From: Escherichia phage 310Ecol104PP
Strand: one strand, 5' to 3'
Sequence record: OR062946.1
DNA: 64,000 bases
A model generated the notes under the pieces. That model searched no databases and had not been told where the DNA came from. It was given only the letters and a program-made list of their open reading frames with translations. Of this stretch, positions 52,924 to 62,930 are shown one piece after another (positions within the stretch are counted from its first letter, which is position 1; each line of letters starts with the position of its first letter). A program made the translations under genes and the position numbers.

Positions 52924-53139
52924 TTACTCGTCGCAGTCGACGCTCAATTCCCAAAACTCTTCTACAGTATAAGTTTCAGTATCATTTTCAATACAGAAAC
53001 GTTCATTACTGTTATTTGCTAAAGTAGCGTTAACTGTCATTTTCTCGCTGGTGCTCTTAAGAGGTGAAATGCGAATTAACTGATCACTGTTATCTAAACA
53101 GAAAATTTCACCAACTTTTACATCTTTAAAACTTTTCAT
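52924..53139 (-). CDS. hypothetical 71-aa acidic protein
   Basis: ORF in the ndd-denB interval. Confidence 0.45.
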   Translation of the reverse strand: MKSFKDVKVGEIFCLDNSDQLIRISPLKSTSEKMTVNATLANNSNERFCIENDTETYTVEEFWELSVDCDE

Positions 53140-53254
53140 AATTCACCTCAAGGAGTATAAAATCCAAATGCAGTTGTTGACCATCCCATCCAATATGGGA
53201 AATTTGCACCAATGTAAAACATAAGAATATAAAACCAAATGTTTAGTAAATTCA

Positions 53255-53473
53255 TCATTTTACGCCATTCCAAATTGTTTCAACTACGGATTTTAAACCA
53301 TTTTGATGAATATCAATTCCGACTACTGTCATCAAATAGATTCCAACTACAACTGAACCTAAGGCAAAAATCAGCATGAAAATGAATAAAGCCGGAAAAA
53401 TATTATCGAAAAACCATTCAATAAATGTAAAAGCACTGCGTTTACGCTTCATATTTTCCTCACATAAATCCAA
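53255..53473 (-). CDS. small membrane protein (about 65-72 aa)
   Basis: Hydrophobic stretch FPALFIFMLIFALGSVVVGIYLMTVVGI. Confidence 0.45.
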   Translation of the reverse strand: MDLCEENMKRKRSAFTFIEWFFDNIFPALFIFMLIFALGSVVVGIYLMTVVGIDIHQNGLKSVVETIWNGVK

Positions 53474-53573
53474 AGTAAGCGTTTAATACATCAATCATTA
53501 AAACGATTGGGAATATACTCAAAACTACTAGTATTATAACTACATTCCATATAGCTTTAACAATCTTTTTCAT
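53460..53573 (-). CDS. small membrane peptide (37 aa)
   Basis: MKKIVKAIWNVVIILVVLSIFPIVLMIDVL… preceded by GGAGG; ORF-track extension upstream is occupied by a promoter. Confidence 0.5.
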   Translation of the reverse strand: MKKIVKAIWNVVIILVVLSIFPIVLMIDVLNAYFGFM

Positions 53574-53601
53574 TTTCTGTTCCTCCGTAGTTGATAGGGT
53601 A

Positions 53602-53631
53602 ATAGTACCACGGAAGAACAGTCTTGTAAAC
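53602..53631 (-). promoter_or_regulatory. early-type promoter upstream of the 37-aa membrane peptide
   Basis: GTTTAC, 18 nt, TACTAT on the minus strand. Confidence 0.45.
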
Positions 53632-53816
53632 AACTTTTTTAAAAATATTCGTAATAAATGTGAATACCAACTACTACCGCTGAAACCTGTGCAACCCACC
53701 ACGCACAAGCAATAAGTACAGAATTCAAAATTTTCATAATAACCTCATCACAAAAGTAAATGTTAAACAAATTAATGGAATACTAATTAACCAAACAAAA
53801 CACCACCATAATGAAC

Positions 53817-54080
53817 TCATAGTTCAATCTCAATGATTTCCAGGTGTTTTTGTTTTATTGCCTTTTTAACACAATCATGGACTAAATATGACCATGAATC
53901 ATTATATTCTCCATTAACTAATCGTTGGAGATCTTCACGTGATGATAAGTAAGGTTGATCTGATTCCCATTTTGATAAAAATGCTGCAGTAAAAATATCT
54001 CCTTCACCTGTAGTTGAAGTCGTAAATGCAATAAATTCACCGGTAATTTTATGTTTAGCGTAATAAAATTTAAATTTCAT
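53817..54080 (-). CDS. hypothetical 87-aa protein
   Basis: Start taken at MKFKFYYAKHK preceded by GGAGGA; the longer ORF-track start lies upstream of its own promoter. Confidence 0.5.
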   Translation of the reverse strand: MKFKFYYAKHKITGEFIAFTTSTTGEGDIFTAAFLSKWESDQPYLSSREDLQRLVNGEYNDSWSYLVHDCVKKAIKQKHLEIIEIEL

Positions 54081-54107
54081 TTTTACTCCTCCGTAGCTGA
54101 TAGTTGT

Positions 54108-54137
54108 ATAGTACCACGGTCCTTGTGGTATGTAAAC
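54108..54137 (-). promoter_or_regulatory. early-type promoter within the denB 3' end
   Basis: GTTTAC, 18 nt, TACTAT on the minus strand. Confidence 0.45.
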
Positions 54138-54154
54138 CATTTTGTGAAATTTTT

Positions 54155-54712
54155 TTAAATGGAAAGATACCATCCGTTGTAGTTGCTTTTTCTTACAACC
54201 TTACGAAGGTCTTCTCTGTCACCGATGAACTTCGGAGTGTACTGGATGACACCTGGATGAATTTCTTTAGTGTTGAATATAATTATACAGTCAGCGACTT
54301 GATGATTTAAAATGGGCCCTAGATTTATTCCAGAACCATATGGATACTCTCCGCTGCATCCTGTTGTCACCGAAATCCAACGCGAGTCAGTTTGATGTGT
54401 CTTAACTTCTACACGAAGCCCACAGTATTTTGGATGTGCTAAAACATCCCATGCATATGTGTACGGATCATCGACATCTTCTTGGCCTTTATTGACATAT
54501 CCGCTTAGCCAATCTGCCACAAAAAACTCTGCGTACACAGCGATACGGCATCTTTCGATAACTTCTGCCTTATCCTGATTTGGGTTCTGTTTTAAAGAGT
54601 ATCTTGCAGTATCAGCAATTTTGACCTTCATTTCACCAGTCAAGTCACTGTTCGATAGGGTAAATGACGGAATCTGAAATAGTCTCTGTAACCCAGGATT
54701 CGTTTTCTGCAT
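54155..54712 (-). CDS. denB: endonuclease IV
   Basis: 185-aa ORF, the remembered DenB length, located next to rIIB. Confidence 0.65.
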   Translation of the reverse strand: MQKTNPGLQRLFQIPSFTLSNSDLTGEMKVKIADTARYSLKQNPNQDKAEVIERCRIAVYAEFFVADWLSGYVNKGQEDVDDPYTYAWDVLAHPKYCGLRVEVKTHQTDSRWISVTTGCSGEYPYGSGINLGPILNHQVADCIIIFNTKEIHPGVIQYTPKFIGDREDLRKVVRKSNYNGWYLSI

Positions 54713-54974
54713 TTAGACTTTCCTTTTTACCACTGAGATAGGCGTTATATACTTTAAGAGTGCCATAATAAATTCGGTCATTTTCATCTAAAGACTCGCG
54801 GTCAAGTTCATCGAGCTCCTTTTTATCCATGACTATAACATCATTACAGTAAAGAAACCCAAGTTTTTCGTGACCAAACTCAAATTTATTACAGTACACA
54901 ATATTAGCGTGATGATTTCCGTGCAGTTTAATCTCTTTTATGTCGGAATCACCGATATTCATACAATAAATCAT
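54645..54974 (-). CDS. hypothetical 109-aa protein overlapping the denB start
   Basis: ORF overlapping denB by 68 nt in another frame; His/Cys-containing N-terminus. Confidence 0.4.
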   Translation of the reverse strand: MIYCMNIGDSDIKEIKLHGNHHANIVYCNKFEFGHEKLGFLYCNDVIVMDKKELDELDRESLDENDRIYYGTLKVYNAYLSGKKESLNAENESWVTETISDSVIYPIEQ

Positions 54975-54991
54975 AATTTCTCTTAAAACAA

Positions 54992-55007
54992 AAGGGCCGA
55001 AGCCCTT
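54992..55007. terminator. C(UUCG)G hairpin
   Basis: AAGGGC-cgaa-GCCCTT; identical copy at 55224-55239. Confidence 0.5.
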
Positions 55008-55010
55008 ATT

Positions 55011-55205
55011 TTATTTGAATTGTGCGATTCTTTTCTCTAGACACTCAGCATAAGATTTCATTGAGATGAACTGTGAAAGCAGCAGTTCTTGCTCAACTGC
55101 ACTAACCGTTAGAAACTTTGTGCTTTCTAAAAATTTGCTCAGTGCATTAATTTTGAGCATTAATTGATCGTATTCTTCTTTTACTCGTGCTTGATAACCT
55201 AACAT
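55011..55205 (-). CDS. hypothetical 64-aa helical protein
   Basis: ORF flanked on both sides by identical hairpins. Confidence 0.45.
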   Translation of the reverse strand: MLGYQARVKEEYDQLMLKINALSKFLESTKFLTVSAVEQELLLSQFISMKSYAECLEKRIAQFK

Positions 55206-55223
55206 AATTTTCCTTAATATGAT

Positions 55224-55239
55224 AAGGGCCGAAGCCCTT
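55224..55239. terminator. C(UUCG)G hairpin overlapping the rIIB stop
   Basis: AAGGGC-cgaa-GCCCTT identical to 54992-55007. Confidence 0.5.
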
Positions 55240-56176
55240 ATTTAAATTGTTCAGTAACGTCTTCAACTACTTCGTATTGGCAGGTACGCATTTTAGCATC
55301 GTTGTAATCAATCGGAATTGATACTACATCACGTGGATGTACTTTAACTTTTACAACTCGGCTGGTTGAACTGCCAAAGTGACGAATATAAGATTTAGAA
55401 CACACATGCAGACCACGAGAACAAGTTTGTGTATCATCGTCATTCACACGAGTACGCGGCATTTTAACTACTTTACCAGGACTGTTATCAAAGGTGTTTG
55501 AGTGACAGTCAAAGTAGTTGTCACGAACTACTTTCCAAGCATAGAAGTAACCATCTTCTGTAATTTCAATATCGTTTGCTACCAAGAAATCAAAGAGTCG
55601 AGATACCGCTTTCTGGCTTGGGTTTTCCAGCAGATTTTCCAAGAACGGAAAATAAAATTCAAAGTTTTCACCTTTTTCCATCGAATCGAGAATACGATCA
55701 ACTAAACCAGACCGTAATTCGATATTTTGATAGAACAAGCTTCCGCCTTCAATTCGAACATCGCCGGAAATATATTTTTCAACAGCACGACGAACATTAA
55801 TTTTTTGTGCCGCTTCTTCCAGCTTATCTGCTACAAGCAGATTAAGAATTTCCTGGAAGTTTGAATGAGTATTAGGAGTTGCGTTATAAGTTACACCGTC
55901 AACAGTAATTGAAATGAATTTTTTAGATGCATTCCAAATAATGTCAGATTTAGCAACTGGAGCAATAACTGCATCGCTATTAACTTTAACTGTAATATCA
56001 CCACTAATAGTAACTTTAGGGCGTTTAGCTTCTTCAGCATTTTTCAAAACACGACGGATTGTGTCAACCGATACATCCTTCCAATAAGCTAATTCCTGCT
56101 GAGTGTAATTACCACTTGAATACAGTTTAACAATTTCAGCTTGTTCGTTTTTGGTCAGGCATTTAATATTGTACAT
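55238..56176 (-). CDS. rIIB: rIIB protein
   Basis: 312-aa ORF, length equals T4 rIIB; 11 nt downstream of rIIA. Confidence 0.95.
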   Translation of the reverse strand: MYNIKCLTKNEQAEIVKLYSSGNYTQQELAYWKDVSVDTIRRVLKNAEEAKRPKVTISGDITVKVNSDAVIAPVAKSDIIWNASKKFISITVDGVTYNATPNTHSNFQEILNLLVADKLEEAAQKINVRRAVEKYISGDVRIEGGSLFYQNIELRSGLVDRILDSMEKGENFEFYFPFLENLLENPSQKAVSRLFDFLVANDIEITEDGYFYAWKVVRDNYFDCHSNTFDNSPGKVVKMPRTRVNDDDTQTCSRGLHVCSKSYIRHFGSSTSRVVKVKVHPRDVVSIPIDYNDAKMRTCQYEVVEDVTEQFK

Positions 56177-56187
56177 AATTTTCCTTA

Positions 56188-58365
56188 TTAGGCCGCAAGG
56201 GCCTTCATAGTTTTGGCGATTTGGGAAACTTCATCATCACTTAAAGAGTTGCGATATCCAATGAAGTCGGAAACAATACGGAATTTCTTGGTAAACTCAG
56301 CAACCATTTTATCACTGTTTTTTGAAGCATTATTTGATAATACATCAAAAAGATTAGTTACTGTCCAGATGTCATGACCGATGGTATCTTTTCCACCATT
56401 AAAATATACGCCGCGCAATGAACTAACTATATTAGCGAGTCGTGTATATTCTTCAGAAACTTCATCTGTACTGAAGTACTTCATCATAAAATCTAGTTCA
56501 GGATACTTGATAATTTTATCAATATATCGTTGAGCTGAACTTGAATAACCTACGTACTTATCATAATCTACATCATCAAAAGCATCTACATATAAATCAC
56601 GCAGAGCTTCAAAAATACATTGGCACTGACCGAGTTCTTTTACCTTTTTCTGTAAAAGCGGACGAATAACATAAAATTCATTAATGCCAATAAGATTAGC
56701 CATACGAATCAAAATATTCATAGATGGATGACAAAGAGATGTAGTACCATCCATAGAGAAAATATCAGAACGATGCATATACGCTACATAACCAGTAATT
56801 TCATCTGCTTCTGATGTGAGCGTAAATAATTCCTCTTTTTCCCAACGCCCATCTTTAATTTCAAACTTAAACGCTGTAGCAGCTTTAGGACGAGGAGCTT
56901 TACTTTTAACTACCTTTGGAATATAACTTTTTACTAAAGCTTCAATTTCTGACAAATAATGAATGTTAACTTCATCACTTTCAAACATCGCCATAATATC
57001 AGGAAGCAAATCAATCTGCGATTCTACTTCTGGATTAATAAACAGAAGACGCTCATTGTGATGAATATTCAAAGTGTTGTTAAATTCACTATCATCTAAC
57101 GCATGTGCTAATCCACGGACAATATTAACACGATTTTTAATATTATCAATAACGATATTAATTTTTGTTGTATTAATACCAAACAGACGATAACTTGATG
57201 CAACGGCTGAAGTTTCATGACTTTGCTTAATACGTTTCAGTCGAGGGTCAAGATTTACTTCATACACAACTCCTGCATTGCATAACTTACTGTCAGGTTC
57301 AAACATGCTCTGCATCTTTTTATATGACAGATTTTTAGTCGTGAATTTGACTGAATTACTAATCATATAATCTCGAGCAGAATACCCCATCTTCATCAAT
57401 TCACGATATGTGTGACGAGGAGATGTAGATTCTTTAAATCGTTTTACATCTTCATTAAATGCTTTCTCACTGAGTTCTTTAACTCGTTCAATAATATTTT
57501 TACGAGTACGATCATCCAGTGAAAGAGCCTCGCGAGATGGAGCAATATCAAGTGAACCCATTGGAAACTTAATGTAATTCACTTCATTGCGAATGCTTAG
57601 CCAGCTACGATCTCTAATAACGCCATCGATAGGATAAACAATACCGCCATAGATAGCATATAATCCACCACGATCAGGCCAGTATCTTTCTGGATTTACG
57701 CCATAATAATCATCAAAATCCGGAAAATAATCAATTTCGCGGTCAAGACCATTAATGATAGCCAAATCTTTGAATGGTCGCATGATATAAGAAACTTCGT
57801 AAGCAAAGTTTCTAAAGTCTTTTTCTTCAACTGGAACTACGATTTCAATACCAGTTTTATCATCTGGACCCATTTCTTTTACGAATGTAGGTTTAATCTG
57901 TGGGCCATCACCATCCATGTAAGCTACATAACCACGAATTTCACCTTTATGATACGAAGTAATACTAAACGTATCAGTATAACTAAACGGAGATTTAGAA
58001 CCTAAACCAAATCCGCCAATGAAATCGTTAGATTCAGCTTTAGATGAACTGAAGTATGAATTATACAGTCCAGGAGAATTATCATCACCTTGAATATCAA
58101 AATCGCTCATACCCGGACCAAAATCTCGGCAAACAAATCGCGGATCTAATCGTCCTGGAACTTGAATGATAAATTTTTCAGGATTTCCATTGAGAGCATG
58201 GGCATCAATCATGTTGGTAATCAATTCACGGACTACTGCGCGAATCTTGTTTGTATACAAATCAGATGACAGAATTTTAAATACTTTAGGAGATGCTGTG
58301 ATGCTAAATGCTTTTGATTTAGAACCATTGCCAAGAATTGTTTCTTTTTCAGTGGTGATAATCAT
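56188..58365 (-). CDS. rIIA: rIIA protein
   Basis: 725-aa ORF, length equals T4 rIIA; ATPase-like N-terminal region. Confidence 0.95.
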   Translation of the reverse strand: MIITTEKETILGNGSKSKAFSITASPKVFKILSSDLYTNKIRAVVRELITNMIDAHALNGNPEKFIIQVPGRLDPRFVCRDFGPGMSDFDIQGDDNSPGLYNSYFSSSKAESNDFIGGFGLGSKSPFSYTDTFSITSYHKGEIRGYVAYMDGDGPQIKPTFVKEMGPDDKTGIEIVVPVEEKDFRNFAYEVSYIMRPFKDLAIINGLDREIDYFPDFDDYYGVNPERYWPDRGGLYAIYGGIVYPIDGVIRDRSWLSIRNEVNYIKFPMGSLDIAPSREALSLDDRTRKNIIERVKELSEKAFNEDVKRFKESTSPRHTYRELMKMGYSARDYMISNSVKFTTKNLSYKKMQSMFEPDSKLCNAGVVYEVNLDPRLKRIKQSHETSAVASSYRLFGINTTKINIVIDNIKNRVNIVRGLAHALDDSEFNNTLNIHHNERLLFINPEVESQIDLLPDIMAMFESDEVNIHYLSEIEALVKSYIPKVVKSKAPRPKAATAFKFEIKDGRWEKEELFTLTSEADEITGYVAYMHRSDIFSMDGTTSLCHPSMNILIRMANLIGINEFYVIRPLLQKKVKELGQCQCIFEALRDLYVDAFDDVDYDKYVGYSSSAQRYIDKIIKYPELDFMMKYFSTDEVSEEYTRLANIVSSLRGVYFNGGKDTIGHDIWTVTNLFDVLSNNASKNSDKMVAEFTKKFRIVSDFIGYRNSLSDDEVSQIAKTMKALAA

Positions 58366-58375
58366 AATTTCCTCA

Positions 58376-58579
58376 TTAATTCATATTGCGTTTAATAACT
58401 TCAGCAACTTCTAGTAGTTCATCTTTAGTTGCGGTGTCGGATTGAATTTTATCTCTAATATCCTTAAAGCGGTTTTTAAATTCTTCGGCTTCTCCCATAT
58501 CGAAAAAGCGTTGAATGATTCTATATTCTCGATGAACTGCTTTATCAAAAAGCTCTAAATTTACTTTATATGATTTCAT
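58376..58579 (-). CDS. hypothetical 67-aa protein (rIIA.1 position), start at MKSYK
   Basis: GAGGA Shine-Dalgarno before the internal Met; ORF-track N-terminal extension covers a promoter-like element. Confidence 0.45.
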   Translation of the reverse strand: MKSYKVNLELFDKAVHREYRIIQRFFDMGEAEEFKNRFKDIRDKIQSDTATKDELLEVAEVIKRNMN

Positions 58580-58604
58580 TTCAATATCCTCATTTGCCCA
58601 ATTA

Positions 58605-58639
58605 ATTATACCACATCCTTGTGGTATGGTAAAGTAAAC
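58605..58639 (-). promoter_or_regulatory. candidate early promoter upstream of rIIA.1
   Basis: TTTACC, 17 nt, TATAAT on the minus strand, with GTTTAC immediately upstream. Confidence 0.35.
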
Positions 58640-60459
58640 TACTGGCTCATCCATTCTTTACGAAGGTCAGCATTATCTCCCATGAGCATTTCAAAAAGCT
58701 CTTTCCAGTTCTCAGGAAGTTTAACAACATCATATACTGGGTTTTGAATCATCTCACGATATTCAGATTTTTCCAAAGAGCCAAGTCCCTTAATATAACG
58801 GATGCTATGTTTAGGTAGAGCATCCTTGGCACTCTCATATTCAGCGACTGTATAAAACCATTCTTGTTTTTTACCGACCTGAGCGATGATTACAGGAGTT
58901 TTGACAAAGCGAATTCGTCCTTGCTCAAACAATTCTGGCCAATTACTAAAAAATCCGAGCAGAGAAGGATAAATGCTTCCTAGACCATCATGGTCAGCAT
59001 CGGTCATAATAGCAATATTATGATAATTCAAGTTTTCAGCCTTTTCACCAAGAACTAATCCAGTGATTGCGCAAATGTCAAACAGTTCTTTGTTTTTAAG
59101 CATATCGGCATATGACATACCCCAGCTATTAAGAACTTTACCACGTAATGGATAACCACCATGAAGTTCTTTATCACGAACATCAATAAGATATCCGATA
59201 GCAGAATCACCCTCAGTCAAGAAAAGAGTAGTATCAGCATCTTTACCACAAAGATTCGCTTTAATATGTTTATGAACCTTAGCTTTAGAAGCCTTTTTAG
59301 CTGCTTTAGTTTCTGCTGCTTTTTCTGCCGCCAATTTACGAGCCAAAGCAGCTTCAATAATCGGCATCAAAATTGCTTCATTATTTAGAATAGCACGTGA
59401 AATCTTTTTAGCATCAAGTTGAATATGACTACGAATTTCGCCAAATGGAGAAGTCAAACGCTCTTTAGTTTGAGAATCAAATCGCATGTTTTTCATATCA
59501 CGAACAAACATGACGATAGTCAAACATTCTTTAACGCGTGCTTTAGTTACATCAATTTTGAACTTACGTTTGATTTGTGGAATAAGGTCTTCACAAATAT
59601 CATCCATAACACAGTCAATGTGATGGCCACCATTCTTAGTGTGAATGTTATTCACGTAAGTTAATTGACGAAATCCATCCGGTGAACGACCAACCGCAAT
59701 AGAACAATTTTCTTGTTCTTGAACAATAGCATGCTCATCATACTGTCGTGCATATTTCTTAAAATTGCCCTGAACTTTTTTACCATTAAAGGTAAATTGA
59801 ATATCAGGATAAACAACAGCAAGTGTCTGGAGACGATCCAGTGTAATGTCAAGATAAACTTGGGACAGCTCATTAGTTTCAAATGACATAAAATCAGGAA
59901 TGAAAGTAACACGAGTTCCTTTCCATTTTCCAGGAATATCTTCCCATGATTTATTTTCCATGCCATTTGAGCAACGAACTACAATATTATTTTGACCATC
60001 GCCAGTTTCACCGACAAACATCACAGAAAAAATGTTAGTTAAACTAGAACCAACACCATTCATACCACCGGTGACACGTTCTTTATCATCACCAAAGTTA
60101 CCACCCGCTTTTGGAATAGTCCAAGCAGCAACTGGACCAGGAATTTCTTCACCGGTAGGTGTTTTAACCATCGCTTGTGGAATACCGCGACCGTTATCTT
60201 CAACTGTTACTTGATTGTTTTTAATAGTAACATTAATTTTATTTGCGAATTTAAACTTAGTACGAATACCTTCATCTACTGAGTTATCGATAATTTCATC
60301 AATAAGCTTAACAAGACCAGGTACATACTGAACACTTTCCCATTTACCAAACAGAAAGCGCTCATGCATTTCATTAGCAGAAGAGCCAATATACATGCCG
60401 CTACGCTTTTTGATATGTTCAATATCGCTCAGAATTTTAATTTCATTCTTAATCATCAC
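58639..60459 (-). CDS. 39: DNA topoisomerase II large subunit gp39, contiguous (includes the region split off as gene 60 in T4)
   Basis: 606-aa ORF with GHKL ATPase motif VEDNGRGIP and Toprim motifs LTEGDSA and MTDADHDG. Confidence 0.9.
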   Translation of the reverse strand: MMIKNEIKILSDIEHIKKRSGMYIGSSANEMHERFLFGKWESVQYVPGLVKLIDEIIDNSVDEGIRTKFKFANKINVTIKNNQVTVEDNGRGIPQAMVKTPTGEEIPGPVAAWTIPKAGGNFGDDKERVTGGMNGVGSSLTNIFSVMFVGETGDGQNNIVVRCSNGMENKSWEDIPGKWKGTRVTFIPDFMSFETNELSQVYLDITLDRLQTLAVVYPDIQFTFNGKKVQGNFKKYARQYDEHAIVQEQENCSIAVGRSPDGFRQLTYVNNIHTKNGGHHIDCVMDDICEDLIPQIKRKFKIDVTKARVKECLTIVMFVRDMKNMRFDSQTKERLTSPFGEIRSHIQLDAKKISRAILNNEAILMPIIEAALARKLAAEKAAETKAAKKASKAKVHKHIKANLCGKDADTTLFLTEGDSAIGYLIDVRDKELHGGYPLRGKVLNSWGMSYADMLKNKELFDICAITGLVLGEKAENLNYHNIAIMTDADHDGLGSIYPSLLGFFSNWPELFEQGRIRFVKTPVIIAQVGKKQEWFYTVAEYESAKDALPKHSIRYIKGLGSLEKSEYREMIQNPVYDVVKLPENWKELFEMLMGDNADLRKEWMSQ

Positions 60460-60508
60460 TTATCCTCGTTTGGTTTCGGGAATATTATACTCCGGTAATC
60501 ATAAAGCT

Positions 60509-60526
60509 AAAGGCCCGAAGGCCTTT
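60509..60526. terminator. C(UUCG)G hairpin upstream of gene 39
   Basis: AAAGGCC-cgaa-GGCCTTT, same sequence as the hairpin at 12955-12972. Confidence 0.5.
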
Positions 60527-60795
60527 TATTTAAAACGGATAGTCGAATCCTTGAAGAATAGACCAGAACATACTGTTCCTTCTACTTTCTGCCCAGTAGG
60601 TCCAACAGCACGAAATCCAGTGTGTTGGAAATCATTTTCAGAGCAACCGAACCAGTTATATCCAGTGATTTCAATATTAGTAAAACCGCTTGAAGATAAA
60701 ACTTTGGTTGCATTATCAGCATCAGTACATCCTACTAAAGATACTGCTAATACTAATGCTGCGATAGAACGATTAACATATTTCATAATTTTCAC
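60526..60795 (-). CDS. predicted lipoprotein (89 aa)
   Basis: Signal peptide with lipobox LVGC. Confidence 0.55.
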   Translation of the reverse strand: MKIMKYVNRSIAALVLAVSLVGCTDADNATKVLSSSGFTNIEITGYNWFGCSENDFQHTGFRAVGPTGQKVEGTVCSGLFFKDSTIRFK

Positions 60796-61163
60796 TTAAA
60801 TTTAATGGCTTGAAGGAGACTAATAATTCTTAAACGGCTTCTTTCATCTTTAACTGTAAAAGAAAGAGGGTCGCCAGATTTCATAGTAATAGTGCATTCA
60901 AAATCAAAATCTTCTGTGACTTCTTCGAAGAAGTCAAATTCTTCATCATAAATTAGAACACTACTTTGCAGACTGTGGAGAGTTTTTCCAGCATTTCCAG
61001 ATGCTGTACCAATCATTGTAACATTATGACCTTTCATATCTTCAACGATAAATTCGTTTGTCAATATTACAGCATTAATAGAACTATTCCTATTACTAAC
61101 AGAAAGTAGAAATTTCTGTTCTTCACCTTCACGAATACGATATTTCTTACCAATTTTAAACAT
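60792..61163 (-). CDS. hypothetical 123-aa protein
   Basis: ORF with ATGA overlap to the lipoprotein gene. Confidence 0.45.
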   Translation of the reverse strand: MFKIGKKYRIREGEEQKFLLSVSNRNSSINAVILTNEFIVEDMKGHNVTMIGTASGNAGKTLHSLQSSVLIYDEEFDFFEEVTEDFDFECTITMKSGDPLSFTVKDERSRLRIISLLQAIKFK

Positions 61164-61165
61164 AA

Positions 61166-61342
61166 TTACCCTTTAAGTAAGTCGTAAAAACCACCATTCA
61201 CATGCTTAGGAGCAGAAGGCCGACGAGTAGACAGACGATGACATTTAGGGCAAACATCATTTTCTCGTTCAGAAATCTTTTTAATTTTTTCATATTCATG
61301 CCCGCAATCTTCGGATTGGCATTTATAATCATACATTGGCAT
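61166..61342 (-). CDS. zinc-ribbon protein (58 aa, FmdB-like)
   Basis: Manual translation MPMYDYKCQSEDCGHEYEKIKKISERENDVCPKCHRL…; CxxC…CPxC; below the ORF-track cutoff. Confidence 0.5.
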   Translation of the reverse strand: MPMYDYKCQSEDCGHEYEKIKKISERENDVCPKCHRLSTRRPSAPKHVNGGFYDLLKG

Positions 61343-61344
61343 AA

Positions 61345-61770
61345 TTATTCCTTAAAATGTGCTTTCAACATCTGATACAAGGACCATGCATGTTCATTAT
61401 TTTCAATAGTAACTTTCATGACCGGGAATTCTGTGAAATCTTCTATTTGTTCTTGCTCTTTCTCTTCCTGCTCTTGCTCTTCGGCTGCCTGGTATGGATT
61501 TTCCACTTCATCAAAGAACACAGCTTCGCTCGTTGAAAGCCAGATAAAATCTTCATCCAAAATATCTTTACCAGAAGATAACGCCAATTTTCCACTAGAT
61601 GTCACAAGTTTAGTAGGACGACCAAGATAGTCAATATCTGTAACTCTAAAAGGTTCCATACCAAGACGACGTGCATAAATTCCGTTTTCAGTATGGTCCT
61701 TGATAAAATCTTCTTGAGCTTGTTTATTTTTAAATTGATACCATTTATTAACTTCAAATTTAATAGCCAT
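61345..61770 (-). CDS. hypothetical 141-aa protein with acidic Glu/Gln-rich linker (possibly goF by size and position)
   Basis: ORF; naming is positional memory only. Confidence 0.4.
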   Translation of the reverse strand: MAIKFEVNKWYQFKNKQAQEDFIKDHTENGIYARRLGMEPFRVTDIDYLGRPTKLVTSSGKLALSSGKDILDEDFIWLSTSEAVFFDEVENPYQAAEEQEQEEKEQEQIEDFTEFPVMKVTIENNEHAWSLYQMLKAHFKE

Positions 61771-61985
61771 TAATAAGTTTCCTTCCAGTAAGTTGTGCCA
61801 TCTTCAGTAATTTCACGAAATACACCGTAAATTGGTTGTTTATCACCAACCTTTTCATACACATAAACCGAAGTCAAGTGAGTAAACTTAACGGTATGTT
61901 CTTTTTGAACTACTACCAAATCTGGATCGAATAGTACATCTTCAAATTCGTCATTAGTGCAATTCTGAACAATTTTACGTTTCAT
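61770..61985 (-). CDS. hypothetical 71-aa protein (possibly cef by size and position)
   Basis: ORF; naming is positional memory only. Confidence 0.35.
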   Translation of the reverse strand: MKRKIVQNCTNDEFEDVLFDPDLVVVQKEHTVKFTHLTSVYVYEKVGDKQPIYGVFREITEDGTTYWKETY

Positions 61986-61998
61986 TACAATTTCCTCA

Positions 61999-62280
61999 TT
62001 AATTGAACAGTGGAGCGATGCGTTTCAGAAGAGTAGCAGCACCTTTAGCGAATTTTACATCATGAAAAACAGTTTCTTCTTCCGTTACAACACGAGCTTT
62101 AATGTTTTCACAATCCCAATTTTTGCGAACAATCTTCAAAAGCTGCAGTAAATCTTTACATTCAGCAATATCGATAACACATCCACGAGAATCTTCCATT
62201 ATCGCACGATAACCGTAAGCCATACCATAATCATTGAAAGATTGCTCGATGATAATTAAATTTTCCATTTTATTCTCCAA
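61999..62280 (-). CDS. hypothetical 93-aa protein
   Basis: ORF preceded by a 13-bp inverted repeat and promoter-like sequence. Confidence 0.45.
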   Translation of the reverse strand: MENKMENLIIIEQSFNDYGMAYGYRAIMEDSRGCVIDIAECKDLLQLLKIVRKNWDCENIKARVVTEEETVFHDVKFAKGAATLLKRIAPLFN

Positions 62281-62365
62281 GTTGTTTTCTGTATCAGTAG
62301 TTGATATTGATATAGTACCATAATCAACTACTGATGTATATAGTTTTATGAAAAAATTTTAAACT

Positions 62366-62857
62366 TTATGCATAGCGAGCTTTGCTATAGTGTTTAATCC
62401 AACTTTCAGGAATGACTTTGTATGTTCCTAAAAATACCGCGTTGTATAACTTAACGCCATCTTCTACCCATTGATCAGTAATGTATGCACACATAGCGCG
62501 AGTACGGTTAACAACACCTTCCTCACCTTCAGTAAATTCAAACTCATAAGGAGCAACGAACTTAATAGCCTGACCGAGTTTCCACTTAAAGTCTACACCT
62601 ACATGCGAAGTATCAATCGTTTCAATTCCTTTAGCAGGAACAGCTTTCAAAAACGCAGATTCAAGAAATTTCGCACGAACATAGCCAAACTGAGGTTTAG
62701 ACTTTCCATCTTTAGGAATGATACGCACTTTTACTTCAGAATCTTCATCTTTAACACCGTGTTTAAGCTGAATGCTTACAACTTCGACCAATTTTCCTGC
62801 CGCTTTAGAGCGGGATTTATCAGATACACGAGCTAATTCACCAATATTAATAATCAT
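62366..62857 (-). CDS. hypothetical 163-aa protein (possibly MotB), paralog of the next ORF
   Basis: C-terminal motif ITDQWVEDGVKLYNAVFLGTYKVIP shared with the 145-aa ORF. Confidence 0.45.
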   Translation of the reverse strand: MIINIGELARVSDKSRSKAAGKLVEVVSIQLKHGVKDEDSEVKVRIIPKDGKSKPQFGYVRAKFLESAFLKAVPAKGIETIDTSHVGVDFKWKLGQAIKFVAPYEFEFTEGEEGVVNRTRAMCAYITDQWVEDGVKLYNAVFLGTYKVIPESWIKHYSKARYA

Positions 62858-62930
62858 AGTTATCTCTCACTTGTTAAAAAGATTTTATACTCCACGGGAC
62901 CATTATACTCTGGTCCCAAGAGTTTGTAAA

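Noticed and set aside
59161-59966. Three ORFs of 75-101 aa overlapping gene 39
   Set aside because: Embedded in the topoisomerase gene, which carries conserved GHKL and Toprim motifs in its own frame
58639-60459. Looked for a gene 60-style 50-nt translational bypass
   Set aside because: Gene 39 reads through as a single 606-aa frame with no stop or gap
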